From Nanobdellati archaeon (lineage in GTDB: Archaea; EX4484-52; WAPT01): a DNA stretch of 21,896 nt. The notes under the pieces are model-generated. The model had not been told where the DNA came from. It saw nothing but the letters and a program-made list of their open reading frames with translations, and did no database searches. Of the stretch, positions 1 to 7,847 are shown in pieces. The stretch lies in assembly GCA_015520605.1 (NCBI GenBank), contig WAPT01000017.1, positions 1-21,896 of the forward strand, in the 5' to 3' direction. The number at the start of each line of letters is the position of its first letter. The stretch's first letter is position 1. The position numbers and the translations under genes were made by a program.

Positions 1-1495
1 CATTATCTAGAAATGCTCCGTATTCTCCCAGCCTTATCTTGTACAGATTTTTCACACTTTCCAGTTTTTCTTTGAATGTTTCTAGCATCTTTAGCTCCTT
101 CTTGACTTTATTATAGTCATGCTCTGCGTAGTCCTTTAGTTCCCCATACACTTCTGTCATGTCTATCATATCGTTTTTCATTGTTAGGACATTACTTATC
201 TTCTTCTTGGATTCTTCGTGTTTTCTCTTCTCTTTATCGTAGGCCTCTTTTGCTTTATTCATTTCCCCCTCGCTTTCCTTTAACTTCGCTCTATACTCTT
301 CGGTTAATCTCGTAATGTCCATGCACGCTTTTTCTATTTCATTCAGCTCGGTCTCAAGCTTTGAGATAATATTTTCCATTTCTTCCCGTTTATTCTCACA
401 GTCCATTAGAAAGTTTTTACCATACCGTATTGCGTTTTCTATTCCCAAAAGGGCTTTCGCCAAATCTTCATCCAAGTCTGGAATTACTACTGCTCCTTCT
501 GCTTTTTTATATTCTCTATATGCTTGTGTTTTAGCGAGAAGATCCAGAGTTGCGTCGCCAGACTTTTTCATTTTTTCTCTGTAATTGTTTTTTGAATTAT
601 GGTGCCAATCTTGCATAAGCTGAGTAGCTCTTTCTCCATATCTCTGTAGTTCTTCCTCAGCTTTGGTTATCAAGTCCGTGAACGAATCCAGAAGGTATTT
701 TTTAAGTGTGGTTTTCATGGGCTGCTGAGAATAAAGGTTTTTATCTTCGTGCGGTTTTCGTTCAACCTTGTCTTGATATATGCTCTTCTGTGTTTCAGTA
801 TCGGGTTCGGATTTTTTATATTGCTCTTTTTTCTCTTCATCGACTTCACCTTTTACTGTAGATTCTTCTTCATCCTTTTTTTCCTCAGTTTTTACGTGTT
901 CTTCTTTCTTTTCTTCTTCTTCTATTTCACCGTGTTTGATATATTCATCTTCAGACTTACTGGGGGTTGTTTCCGTGTATGGTCTTTCTCCCGTACCATA
1001 TAGGGCCGCTAAGTAATTACAACCCACAATACTACCTTCAAGACCAACGTTGCTGCCCACCGCATATATATTATGTCCTGCTCTTTCTAACCCTTTCTCA
1101 GCGATTTCCTTAATTATATCTCCATAGTGCTTAGCTACCTCGGCTATATATTGAACTGCTGTTGTATCTGGCCCGGTAGTTGATGATTGGGTAGATGGTT
1201 GAGTTGGTAGTTGCTGCGATGATTGTGTGGAGGGTTGGGTGGAGGATTGTTGTGGTGAGGTAGTTGGTGGAGTAGTTGAGGTTTGTGTGGAGGATTGAGC
1301 GGGGGGTTGTTCTTCTTCTCGGGTAGCCGCACCTTCACTTTCTCTCCATTGGACTCCAAGTAAAGGTCTGGGACCGCTTTTCTCGTATTCTTTGGCAACA
1401 TCCTTATTGGTCTTAACCCTTATGAACGCCAAACCCGTTAGAAAGCCTACAATTCCCAATAAAGAAATTAAGATTAAAGAGGTTGTTAAAAACAT
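1..1495 (-). CDS. Membrane-anchored coiled-coil protein, 3' end beyond the window (>=498 aa): N-terminal TM, Q/S/T/P-rich linker, acidic linker, long K/E-rich helical region
   Basis: Not in the ORF track. I read the minus frame from ATG at 1495 to position 2 with no stop: MFLTTSLILISLLGIVGFLTGLAFIRVKTNK...QSSTQTSTTPPTT...EEMENIISKLETELNEIEK... A TATA-like element lies about 25-32 nt upstream. The F-rich and S-rich plus-strand ORFs here are its antisense shadows. Confidence 0.85.
   Translation of the reverse strand, partial: MFLTTSLILISLLGIVGFLTGLAFIRVKTNKDVAKEYEKSGPRPLLGVQWRESEGAATREEEQPPAQSSTQTSTTPPTTSPQQSSTQPSTQSSQQLPTQPSTQSSTTGPDTTAVQYIAEVAKHYGDIIKEIAEKGLERAGHNIYAVGSNVGLEGSIVGCNYLAALYGTGERPYTETTPSKSEDEYIKHGEIEEEEKKEEHVKTEEKKDEEESTVKGEVDEEKKEQYKKSEPDTETQKSIYQDKVERKPHEDKNLYSQQPMKTTLKKYLLDSFTDLITKAEEELQRYGERATQLMQDWHHNSKNNYREKMKKSGDATLDLLAKTQAYREYKKAEGAVVIPDLDEDLAKALLGIENAIRYGKNFLMDCENKREEMENIISKLETELNEIEKACMDITRLTEEYRAKLKESEGEMNKAKEAYDKEKRKHEESKKKISNVLTMKNDMIDMTEVYGELKDYAEHDYNKVKKELKMLETFKEKLESVKNLYKIRLGEYGAFLDN
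1175..1297 (-). repeat. Low-complexity, roughly 12-nt-period repeat encoding QSST/QPST-like units
   Basis: Translates as QSSTQTSTTPPTTSPQQSSTQPSTQSSQQLPTQPSTQSSTT. Confidence 0.8.
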
Positions 1496-1581
1496 GTTTG
1501 TGTATTTGCTTTTATGCTGTATATAAAATTTTCGATAAAACTTAATATATGAGTTAGTCTAAATAACAAACTCATGAGTTT
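1496..1581. promoter_or_regulatory. Back-to-back TATA promoters for two probably leaderless divergent genes, plus a 14-bp palindrome over the 1574 start codon
   Basis: TTTATATA on the minus strand at 1520-1527 and TTAATATA on the plus strand at 1542-1549, each about 25-32 nt from an ATG. AAACTCATGAGTTT at 1568-1581 is a perfect palindrome. Confidence 0.55.
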
Positions 1582-2299
1582 CGAAATATATGATTTCGTG
1601 TTTTATCAATTATTGCAGTTTGACCCTACCTCAACACTCTTAACTGGAAATCTGGTGCATGACCTACTCTACGGGATCTTAATCCCAACTATCTTTTTGT
1701 TTTTCCTGATCGATGCCTTCGCGGAAATAATATTTCGAGGAAAGTTAAGACATCTTGTTTCTATGGCCGCTCTAGGTGTCATCTTGACAAGTGGTTGGTA
1801 CCCCCCCATAGCTGAAATCACATCTAGATTCTTCATTTTTTTATTGATACTGAGTATTCTATTGTGGTTTAGATTTAGAATTAGTGGAGAAAATGGTATA
1901 TTTGAAGTGGAGGTCGATAAGGACTTTATCAAGGGACATTTAAAGTGGAATGATAAAAAGATAAAGTGGAATGATAAAAAGACAGAGCTAGAGAATGCGA
2001 TACGTCTGGCTCTCGGTAATAGGATAGCACTGGAAGAAAATGCTTTAGGGATAAGGCGTTTGCATGCGACCGCGTTTTTGGCAATTGAAAACGAATACAG
2101 GACGAACATAAATATAGCAAAATCGATCATAAATAAGTTTGGAAAACGTGCAAAGAAAGCCGTAAATGAAACATTGGATGCTTGGGTCAATGATCCACGA
2201 AATCCACAAATTACTCAGGGATTAATAGATCATTTCGGAAGTAGGAATGCTGCAGCAAATGCAATCGCACAATTGGTAAAAAGAGACCTCGGCTTATAA
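1574..2299 (+). CDS. Hypothetical membrane protein (about 3 N-terminal TM helices, soluble helical C-terminus)
   Basis: 241-aa ORF with hydrophobic segments LLYGILIPTIFLFFLI, LVSMAALGVILTSGWY and FFIFLLILSILLWF; TATA element at leaderless spacing. Confidence 0.8.
   Translation: MSFEIYDFVFYQLLQFDPTSTLLTGNLVHDLLYGILIPTIFLFFLIDAFAEIIFRGKLRHLVSMAALGVILTSGWYPPIAEITSRFFIFLLILSILLWFRFRISGENGIFEVEVDKDFIKGHLKWNDKKIKWNDKKTELENAIRLALGNRIALEENALGIRRLHATAFLAIENEYRTNINIAKSIINKFGKRAKKAVNETLDAWVNDPRNPQITQGLIDHFGSRNAAANAIAQLVKRDLGL
1941..1982 (+). repeat. Perfect in-frame 21-bp tandem duplication (KWNDKK twice)
   Basis: TAAAGTGGAATGATAAAAAGA at 1941-1961 and 1962-1982. Confidence 0.95.
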
Positions 2300-2314
2300 G
2301 CTCTAAACAAAATC

Positions 2315-2809
2315 TCACCTTGTCCTCTCCAGAATCCTGTACACAGCCCTCTCTATCTCCTTCGGGTTTCTTATATGCTCGAACTTATGCGTCTCTCCGG
2401 GGATCTGAAAGACTATCTCTCCAGTGCCGAGAAGCCTCTGCCAGAAGCTCTGGTAAACGGAAACCCTGATAAGCTTGTCAAGAGGTATGGTCTCTATCCT
2501 TATTCTCTTTGTTTGAGGATCTCGCTTCGTTATCAGAATCCTTTCATTGGTCAGGGCTATTTTTTCCTTGTTTCTTTTGAACTCGATGTAACCGAATGCT
2601 GAGAGAGCTGCCATCAGGAAAAGAAGAGCAAGATGCATTCTCATCATTCCGAAAAACGGCACGACACCGCTCACTTTTCCTCCGAAAATCAAGATCAACA
2701 CGGAACTGATAAAGCACACCACGGCCACGATTAACTCTTTGAAAAAGTATATATGAGATGTTTTGGCCTCGTGAATAAGAACCTCTCCAGGCAAAAGATC
2801 CCATTTCAT
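2315..2809 (-). CDS. Membrane protein with bacterial PH (bPH_2/DUF304-like) domain
   Basis: LLPGEVLIHEAK, two TM helices, then ALTNERILI...IPLDKL..VSVYQSFWQRLLGTGEIVF...FEHIRNP, the typical bPH_2 pattern. ATG 2809 is preferred over TTG 2833 because a TATATA element lies about 26-33 nt upstream of it. Confidence 0.8.
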   Translation of the reverse strand: MKWDLLPGEVLIHEAKTSHIYFFKELIVAVVCFISSVLILIFGGKVSGVVPFFGMMRMHLALLFLMAALSAFGYIEFKRNKEKIALTNERILITKRDPQTKRIRIETIPLDKLIRVSVYQSFWQRLLGTGEIVFQIPGETHKFEHIRNPKEIERAVYRILERTR

Positions 2810-2845
2810 AATTGAGTAATGTTGCTGGCCCAAAATATATATGTT

Positions 2846-2875
2846 TGCTTCACCTTAATTGTTTATGGTGAAGCA
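2846..2875. promoter_or_regulatory. 9-bp inverted repeat covering the tpiA Shine-Dalgarno site
   Basis: TGCTTCACC (2846-2854), 12-nt spacer, GGTGAAGCA (2867-2875); GGTGA is 6 nt before the ATG. Confidence 0.55.
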
Positions 2876-2877
2876 GG

Positions 2878-3549
2878 ATGGAGAGCGACAGACCGATAAT
2901 CGGGATAAACCTTAAGGCATACTCAACGGCCATAGGTATGAACGCGGTAAAGATAGCTAAAGCCGCTGAAGATGTGAGCAAAGCATATGGATGCGAGATC
3001 TTATTATGTGTGATGCCCACGGACCTGAGAATGATAAAGGCAAGTGTTTCCTCCATTAAAATCTTTGCGCAGCACATGGATCCCGTGGAGGAGGGCGCTT
3101 TTACAGGACATATAACCCCTGTGGCCTTAAAAGACGCTGGAGCTGATGGTGTTATGCTCAACCACTCCGAAAAGAGGTTGAGGCTTGATCATATAGATAA
3201 GTGTGTGAGTCTTGCCATTAAGTACGGCCTGAAAACCCTGATTTGCGCAAACACCCCGCTTGAAGTCAAGGCCGTGGCGTGTTTCGACGTAGATATGGTG
3301 GCCGTGGAGCCTCCAGAATTAATAGGAGGTAAGGTGTCTGTCAGCACGGCAAAGCCGGAAATTGTGAAAAGTACTGTGAAGATGGTCAGGGAGGTCAATC
3401 GGTACACCAAAATTCTGGTGGGGGCCGGGATAAAGAACAACCTGGATGTGAGAAAAAGCATGGCGCTTGGTGCTGATGGTGTGCTTCTGGCGTCAGCAGT
3501 AGCAAAGTCTCAGGACCCCAGGAAAGCCATTGAGAATCTGATTCCCTGA
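2878..3549 (+). CDS. tpiA: Triosephosphate isomerase, archaeal short type
   Basis: 223 aa; INLKAY (catalytic Lys), FAQH, LNHSE (catalytic His), AVEPPELIGG (catalytic Glu), GAGI, GVLLASA; GGTGA SD. Confidence 0.97.
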   Translation: MESDRPIIGINLKAYSTAIGMNAVKIAKAAEDVSKAYGCEILLCVMPTDLRMIKASVSSIKIFAQHMDPVEEGAFTGHITPVALKDAGADGVMLNHSEKRLRLDHIDKCVSLAIKYGLKTLICANTPLEVKAVACFDVDMVAVEPPELIGGKVSVSTAKPEIVKSTVKMVREVNRYTKILVGAGIKNNLDVRKSMALGADGVLLASAVAKSQDPRKAIENLIP

Positions 3550-3755
3550 GGAGATTCGTGCGGGAAACTTTTAAATCCTGATCGTTTCTCCGGATTGCTT
3601 CTCACCTACCGCCACCACAATCGTCTGATCCCTGCAGGATGTCGCCATCTCAAAACTTTATCGTAACGTCAGCGGACATCATTTGATGGTTATATGGTTC
3701 GGATTCGCATAAGTTTATAAAGTTCAGAACACAGGAAAGATCGGGGTGATCAAAA

Positions 3756-4169
3756 ATGTCGGTGATAGGGCTGACTATAGATAAAATAGACGCCGAAAGG
3801 AAAGGTTCTGCTCCGAGCGTTAAGATTAAGATAACACCATCCATAACCAATGTTGAAAAGTCAAAACTTGAGGGATTAGTCGAGAAAGCGAGGGACGTTC
3901 TCACCGTGAGGTTCAGTTTCGAAGCTGAATACGATCCTGATGTGGGCCACATAAAAACGGAGGGCACGCTCATTTATCTGGGAGATGCGGATAAGCTCTA
4001 TAAAGAGTGGCAGAAAAACAAGAAGCTACCGGAAAACATCAATGCTGAAATACTCAACTTTGTGCTTCGACAGGTCACTCCAAAAGTCTTCTTCATTGCG
4101 AATGAACTGCAGCTGCCGCCGGTACTGCCTGTTCCCAGAATTCAGCCTAAACCCTCTTCACAAGAGTGA
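3756..4169 (+). CDS. Conserved archaeal hypothetical protein (possibly SecB-like fold)
   Basis: 137 aa; GGGGTGA SD; pattern VIG..I..I.AER / F.F...Y.P..G.I..EG / W.K.KKLP / L.LPP..P.P.I that I recognise from an uncharacterised archaeal family. The fold assignment is tentative. Confidence 0.8.
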   Translation: MSVIGLTIDKIDAERKGSAPSVKIKITPSITNVEKSKLEGLVEKARDVLTVRFSFEAEYDPDVGHIKTEGTLIYLGDADKLYKEWQKNKKLPENINAEILNFVLRQVTPKVFFIANELQLPPVLPVPRIQPKPSSQE

Positions 4170-5061
4170 CTCTGTTGATTCTGCCCACTCTCTCTCTTTT
4201 CACTATTCCTCTCTCCTCAAGCTCGGCAAGAAGTCTTGAGACCTTCGCTTTCGAGAAGTTGGTGGCCTTGACTATATCCCTCTGTTTCACAGGTTTCCCC
4301 CTCTCCTTAAGAAAGTTAACGATGATTCTCTCGTCTTCCGTCAGGACATCCATAACGGCTTCGCTTTTCCTTCTGAGAAACAGGGCAATCACGCCCAAAA
4401 GGACGAGAATTCCGACATAAAGCATGTACTCCATGTAAGAAGTTGCTCGCTGTGCTCCTACATACTCGTAGAGAGCGCTAAAAGTCAGAGTCTCGCCCAT
4501 TCGTGGCGAGGGTATGTCCCACGTGATAGTCACGTGTCTTCCATCGCTACCTATAACACCATTTTCAGGGTAATATGCCCGTGTGCTTCTGTTGCTTTTG
4601 AGAAGAGCGTATCCTTCCGGAAGGTACAGCACGAGGGTGAAGTGCTTTGTTGGCTCTCTTATCGCATAATTATAAGTAAAGCGATAAACATCGTTACTAA
4701 CCCTGGATGCAAGTTTTCCCGCGAGAATTCTGAACCTTGCGGTGTAGTTGTAGAGAGGTATGCTGTTGTTTTCTCTGATGCACGATACATACACCCCGTA
4801 TGGTCTCGGGTGTGTGGAACAATTGAGCCTTTTTTTTCCATGATATGCTTCGACATAGATCACCTCTCCCATAAAAAAATATGGTAAATCTTTTGTCGTA
4901 AGTTCCTCATATCTTACGGTGGCATCCACAACCGCAGCTCCGTCAGGCTGGAGATAGACATCGACTTTGTGGTTGCTTACTAATGATGCCTCCGCGCCAC
5001 CACATATTAGAAAAAACATCAAAATGCATGAAATAATAAAAAGGGCAGATACGTACCTCAT
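4147..5061 (-). CDS. Membrane-anchored protein: signal peptide, extracellular beta domain, TM helix, C-terminal winged HTH (COG2512-like)
   Basis: Signal ending GAEA; TM YMLYVGILVLLGVIALFL followed by RRK; C-terminus LTEDERIIVNFL...VKQRDIVKATNFSKAKVSRLLAELEERGIVKRERVGRINRV. Overlaps the convergent gene by 23 bp. Confidence 0.88.
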   Translation of the reverse strand: MRYVSALFIISCILMFFLICGGAEASLVSNHKVDVYLQPDGAAVVDATVRYEELTTKDLPYFFMGEVIYVEAYHGKKRLNCSTHPRPYGVYVSCIRENNSIPLYNYTARFRILAGKLASRVSNDVYRFTYNYAIREPTKHFTLVLYLPEGYALLKSNRSTRAYYPENGVIGSDGRHVTITWDIPSPRMGETLTFSALYEYVGAQRATSYMEYMLYVGILVLLGVIALFLRRKSEAVMDVLTEDERIIVNFLKERGKPVKQRDIVKATNFSKAKVSRLLAELEERGIVKRERVGRINRVTLVKRV

Positions 5062-5504
5062 TTTGAAATCACCACACCACCCAGTCCCGCCTGTGCGTAT
5101 TTATGAAGGAGGTCAGCGATACTAACGAGGGCATTTTGAATATCAGACGCTTTCAACTTTATTTCATCTGGTGCGAGTACTTCTATAGCTGTAGGAGCAT
5201 AATTCATCACAAAATTTACAAGGGACTCAAAACCTTTAACAAAAATTATTGCCTCATAAAGACACGAGTACATCTTATTCACACCCCTGAGTTTCAACGA
5301 GTGTGGTGCGGTTACTTCACTTACATCTGCAAAATTTTCGTCAACTACTCTAATCATGCTTTCATCCTTCATCTTTGAGACATGCTCCCTAAGGGCTTCA
5401 ATCGCGTAATCTTTATCGTTGCTCTGAACATCAAATAGAATCCATAACTTAATCCATCCAGCCCCTATCAGATTTTTTTCCTCTCCTTTGTCTATTTTCT
5501 CCAT
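5058..5504 (-). CDS. Conserved archaeal hypothetical protein
   Basis: 148 aa; GGTGA SD; ATGA overlap with the next gene; motif FESLVNFVMNYAPTAIEVLAP resembles an uncharacterised archaeal/DPANN family. Confidence 0.85.
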   Translation of the reverse strand: MEKIDKGEEKNLIGAGWIKLWILFDVQSNDKDYAIEALREHVSKMKDESMIRVVDENFADVSEVTAPHSLKLRGVNKMYSCLYEAIIFVKGFESLVNFVMNYAPTAIEVLAPDEIKLKASDIQNALVSIADLLHKYAQAGLGGVVISK

Positions 5505-5606
5505 AAAATCACCCTATGAAACAGTTAAATCAGTTTTAGTGCTCTTTGAAACAATTTTTTTCAGTAGAGGTTTTTAAATTTATTTTGTGTTTTTAGACGA
5601 ATAGGC

Positions 5607-5623
5607 AAAAAAGAAAAAGAAAG
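5607..5623 (-). terminator. Probable oligo-T archaeal terminator of the DUF5667 gene
   Basis: The minus strand reads CTTTCTTTTTCTTTTTTG about 30 nt after the stop at 5653. Confidence 0.45.
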
Positions 5624-5652
5624 CAGGACAATAACACCCATGAAGACTAAAC

Positions 5653-7203
5653 TCACATAGGTTCATTGTTTCCTTTCTTAAAGTGCGGTGATGCGGAGAT
5701 GTTTCCAGCTGTCATGTTCTCCATAGTGGTGTTGGTACTGTTACCTACCTCTGTCTCGTTCCATTTCTTTGTTTCGTTTATTTTAGATTTAATCCTGTGT
5801 CTAAGCCCTGTTCTCATTTTGTTCTTCATGCGCTTCAGAGTTTCCTCTCTTTGACCAAGATTTTTCCGCATAAGTTCCTTTCTGACTTCCTGCACAACTC
5901 TCATTATATCTTCAGCCGTTATGTTTCCTTTCTCTTTCTTTATTTCCTCCAGTCTCTCTCTTATTTCTCTCGCCATTCTTTCCTGCTCTTTTTCTTTTAT
6001 TTCCATTCTCCCGACCGGTGATCGTAGCATTGGCGCCATCCCGAATATTTCTCCGAGTTTTCTTGTGTTCATTATTTCACAGTCCCTTCCCGTCACAATG
6101 AAATTTTCAATTCCGTGTCCTGTGCTGCATCTTACAATGTAATTGCCTCTGATCATCGTCACAACTTCGCAGGCATTTTCTTCATTAACATGGGCCTCAA
6201 CAAGTTTTTCCGCATCTTCCGGACCGCATGCCAGTTTTTCCATCTTTTGCCTAATTTCTAGAATTCTGTAAATTGTTCTTCTACCCGGTCTCGCAGCTGC
6301 CATATGTGCCACTCTTTCGCTTTCCTTTGCAAGTTCCCAAGCCGTGAAATATTTCCCGTTGTTAAAGCTTTCCTGCGCCTGTGAGAGCAGGTTCTTAGCT
6401 GTGTTAAGGAGTCTCTTCGCATAATTCAATCTTTCGTTGCTTACATTCCTCGTTTCCATTTTTGCAATCAGATTTTCAACCAATGCTATCGTTCTATTTG
6501 CTTTCGTTATTTCATGCTGGGCTCTGAATTTAATGTTTTTCTTCAGAAGTCCATTCTCGATGTGTTCCAATGTTCTGTTTATTTCTTCACTGTTCATGTT
6601 GTATCGATGTTCCAGCATTTTTATGATCATCCCCCGCCTCATCTCCACTTTTTCTTCTCTTTTCTTTAACCCTTGCCTGAGCTGTTCAAGCATCTGCAGT
6701 ACTTCCTGCCTTGTCTTGTTGTTCTGCAGTGCGATTTCCGCTATATCCTCTGTGTCCATGAGTTCTTCTTTCTGTGCCTCGAGTTGTATGAGTACCTGCT
6801 CTATCATCTCCATCTCTTGTGTATCGTTATTCATCTTTGCTCTTTCCAAATCCTTCTCGAGCTCATTCATTATAGTATCATAGTTCTTTATCGCCTTTTC
6901 CATCGCGGAGGGATCGCCCTTTGCTGCCATCAACTTTGCCTCTTTCAATCTCACATCCGCGAGTTTTAGCATCAGCTCTGTCCTTTTCATCTCATTTCTT
7001 GTGAGAGCAAGCTTTACTCTCTCTATCAGCCCGACCTTGAGTATATATAGTGGGTTATCTGGGGTAATACCTACGTTTTCTGTCCGCTTTAGTACAGTAA
7101 GGATGTTCTGTCCTGTCGTGTTCTGCGCAAGTGCTTTTGCCGGGATTAATACCAGACCCAACAGCAATATCAAACCGAGTATAGTCGAAAGTCTCATTTT
7201 CAT
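5653..7203 (-). CDS. Secreted DUF5667-domain coiled-coil protein
   Basis: Signal peptide ending ALA; GITPDNPLYILKVGLIERVKLALT...LADVRLKEA is the DUF5667 signature; long helical E/K/R body. GGTGA SD at 7209-7213 favours ATG 7203 over GTG 7212. Confidence 0.85.
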   Translation of the reverse strand: MKMRLSTILGLILLLGLVLIPAKALAQNTTGQNILTVLKRTENVGITPDNPLYILKVGLIERVKLALTRNEMKRTELMLKLADVRLKEAKLMAAKGDPSAMEKAIKNYDTIMNELEKDLERAKMNNDTQEMEMIEQVLIQLEAQKEELMDTEDIAEIALQNNKTRQEVLQMLEQLRQGLKKREEKVEMRRGMIIKMLEHRYNMNSEEINRTLEHIENGLLKKNIKFRAQHEITKANRTIALVENLIAKMETRNVSNERLNYAKRLLNTAKNLLSQAQESFNNGKYFTAWELAKESERVAHMAAARPGRRTIYRILEIRQKMEKLACGPEDAEKLVEAHVNEENACEVVTMIRGNYIVRCSTGHGIENFIVTGRDCEIMNTRKLGEIFGMAPMLRSPVGRMEIKEKEQERMAREIRERLEEIKKEKGNITAEDIMRVVQEVRKELMRKNLGQREETLKRMKNKMRTGLRHRIKSKINETKKWNETEVGNSTNTTMENMTAGNISASPHFKKGNNEPM

Positions 7204-7238
7204 CACGCTCACCTTTTATTATTGTTCTGGACACCTGA

Positions 7239-7300
7239 ACGAACTCTTGACGAACTCTTGATAAAATAGTTTTTTATTCTTAACAATATATAACAATATA
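7239..7300. repeat. Two short perfect tandem repeats in a divergent intergenic region
   Basis: ACGAACTCTTG twice (7239-7260) and TAACAATATA twice (7281-7300). Confidence 0.9.
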
Positions 7301-7360
7301 TATTTAACATTTATGTAGCAGGGGGGCGGCAGGGCACAGGACATCAATGTTGGCGAGATA

Positions 7361-7816
7361 ATGACCCGTAATCTGCACGGATGGTCCATGAGAATTGTGC
7401 TGGCGGAAAACATGCTAACGGCCATGATGGTCCTTCCAGCCATGACACTCCTCGTGCTCTTCTACATAGCTCAGAGGTTGTGGAGCAATGCTGTTATTTT
7501 CGGCGTGTTGTTGTTTCTGGCATACAGATGGTTTGCTCCACTTTTCTGCGCTACAATACTCATGTTAAAATACAGTATGATCGTCTCAGATCACTACGAT
7601 CCGCATTCCGTTCAAGCGAGAGGCTGCACGGTTCGGGAGAGAAAGTTCCTCGGTATCAAATACTACGATGTCACGTGCGATGCACCGCAGACATTCTTCA
7701 AGGCCATACCAGTGAGGTTTATCCTCAACCACGGTAAATGCTGGCCGGCCGTTCTGAACATGTTTCCAAGGGGCGATATGGATGCTGAACAACTCATCAG
7801 AAAGGTTGTCTCATGA
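7361..7816 (+). CDS. Hypothetical membrane protein (about 2 TM helices, small soluble C-terminal domain); start uncertain
   Basis: 151-aa ORF filling the gap between two minus-strand genes; hydrophobic segments MLTAMMVLPAMTLLVLFYI and AVIFGVLLFLAYRWF; no family recognised. Confidence 0.6.
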   Translation: MTRNLHGWSMRIVLAENMLTAMMVLPAMTLLVLFYIAQRLWSNAVIFGVLLFLAYRWFAPLFCATILMLKYSMIVSDHYDPHSVQARGCTVRERKFLGIKYYDVTCDAPQTFFKAIPVRFILNHGKCWPAVLNMFPRGDMDAEQLIRKVVS

Positions 7817-7847
7817 ATCTGTCGGTTGAGGTAACTTCCGGTTCCGG

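Noticed and set aside
315-1401. ORF-track entries 315-584, 749-1003, 780-1016 (+) and 1144-1401 (-)
   Set aside because: They are antisense or alternate-frame shadows of the long minus-strand gene starting at 1495. The F/S-rich and N/H/P-rich translations are what an E/K-rich and Q/S/T-rich gene produces in other frames.
3550-3745. Intergenic region after tpiA as a C/D-box sRNA or small ORF (minus strand ATGATGT-ccg-CTGA; MATSCRDQTIVVAVGEKQSGETIRI)
   Set aside because: The box C-like and box D-like motifs are only 3 nt apart, leaving no guide. The 25-aa ORF has no SD or recognisable similarity, and I see no tRNA-like or other convincing structure.
7239-7300. Short repeats as a CRISPR array
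   Set aside because: Units are 10-11 bp, directly adjacent, have no spacers, and there are no cas genes.
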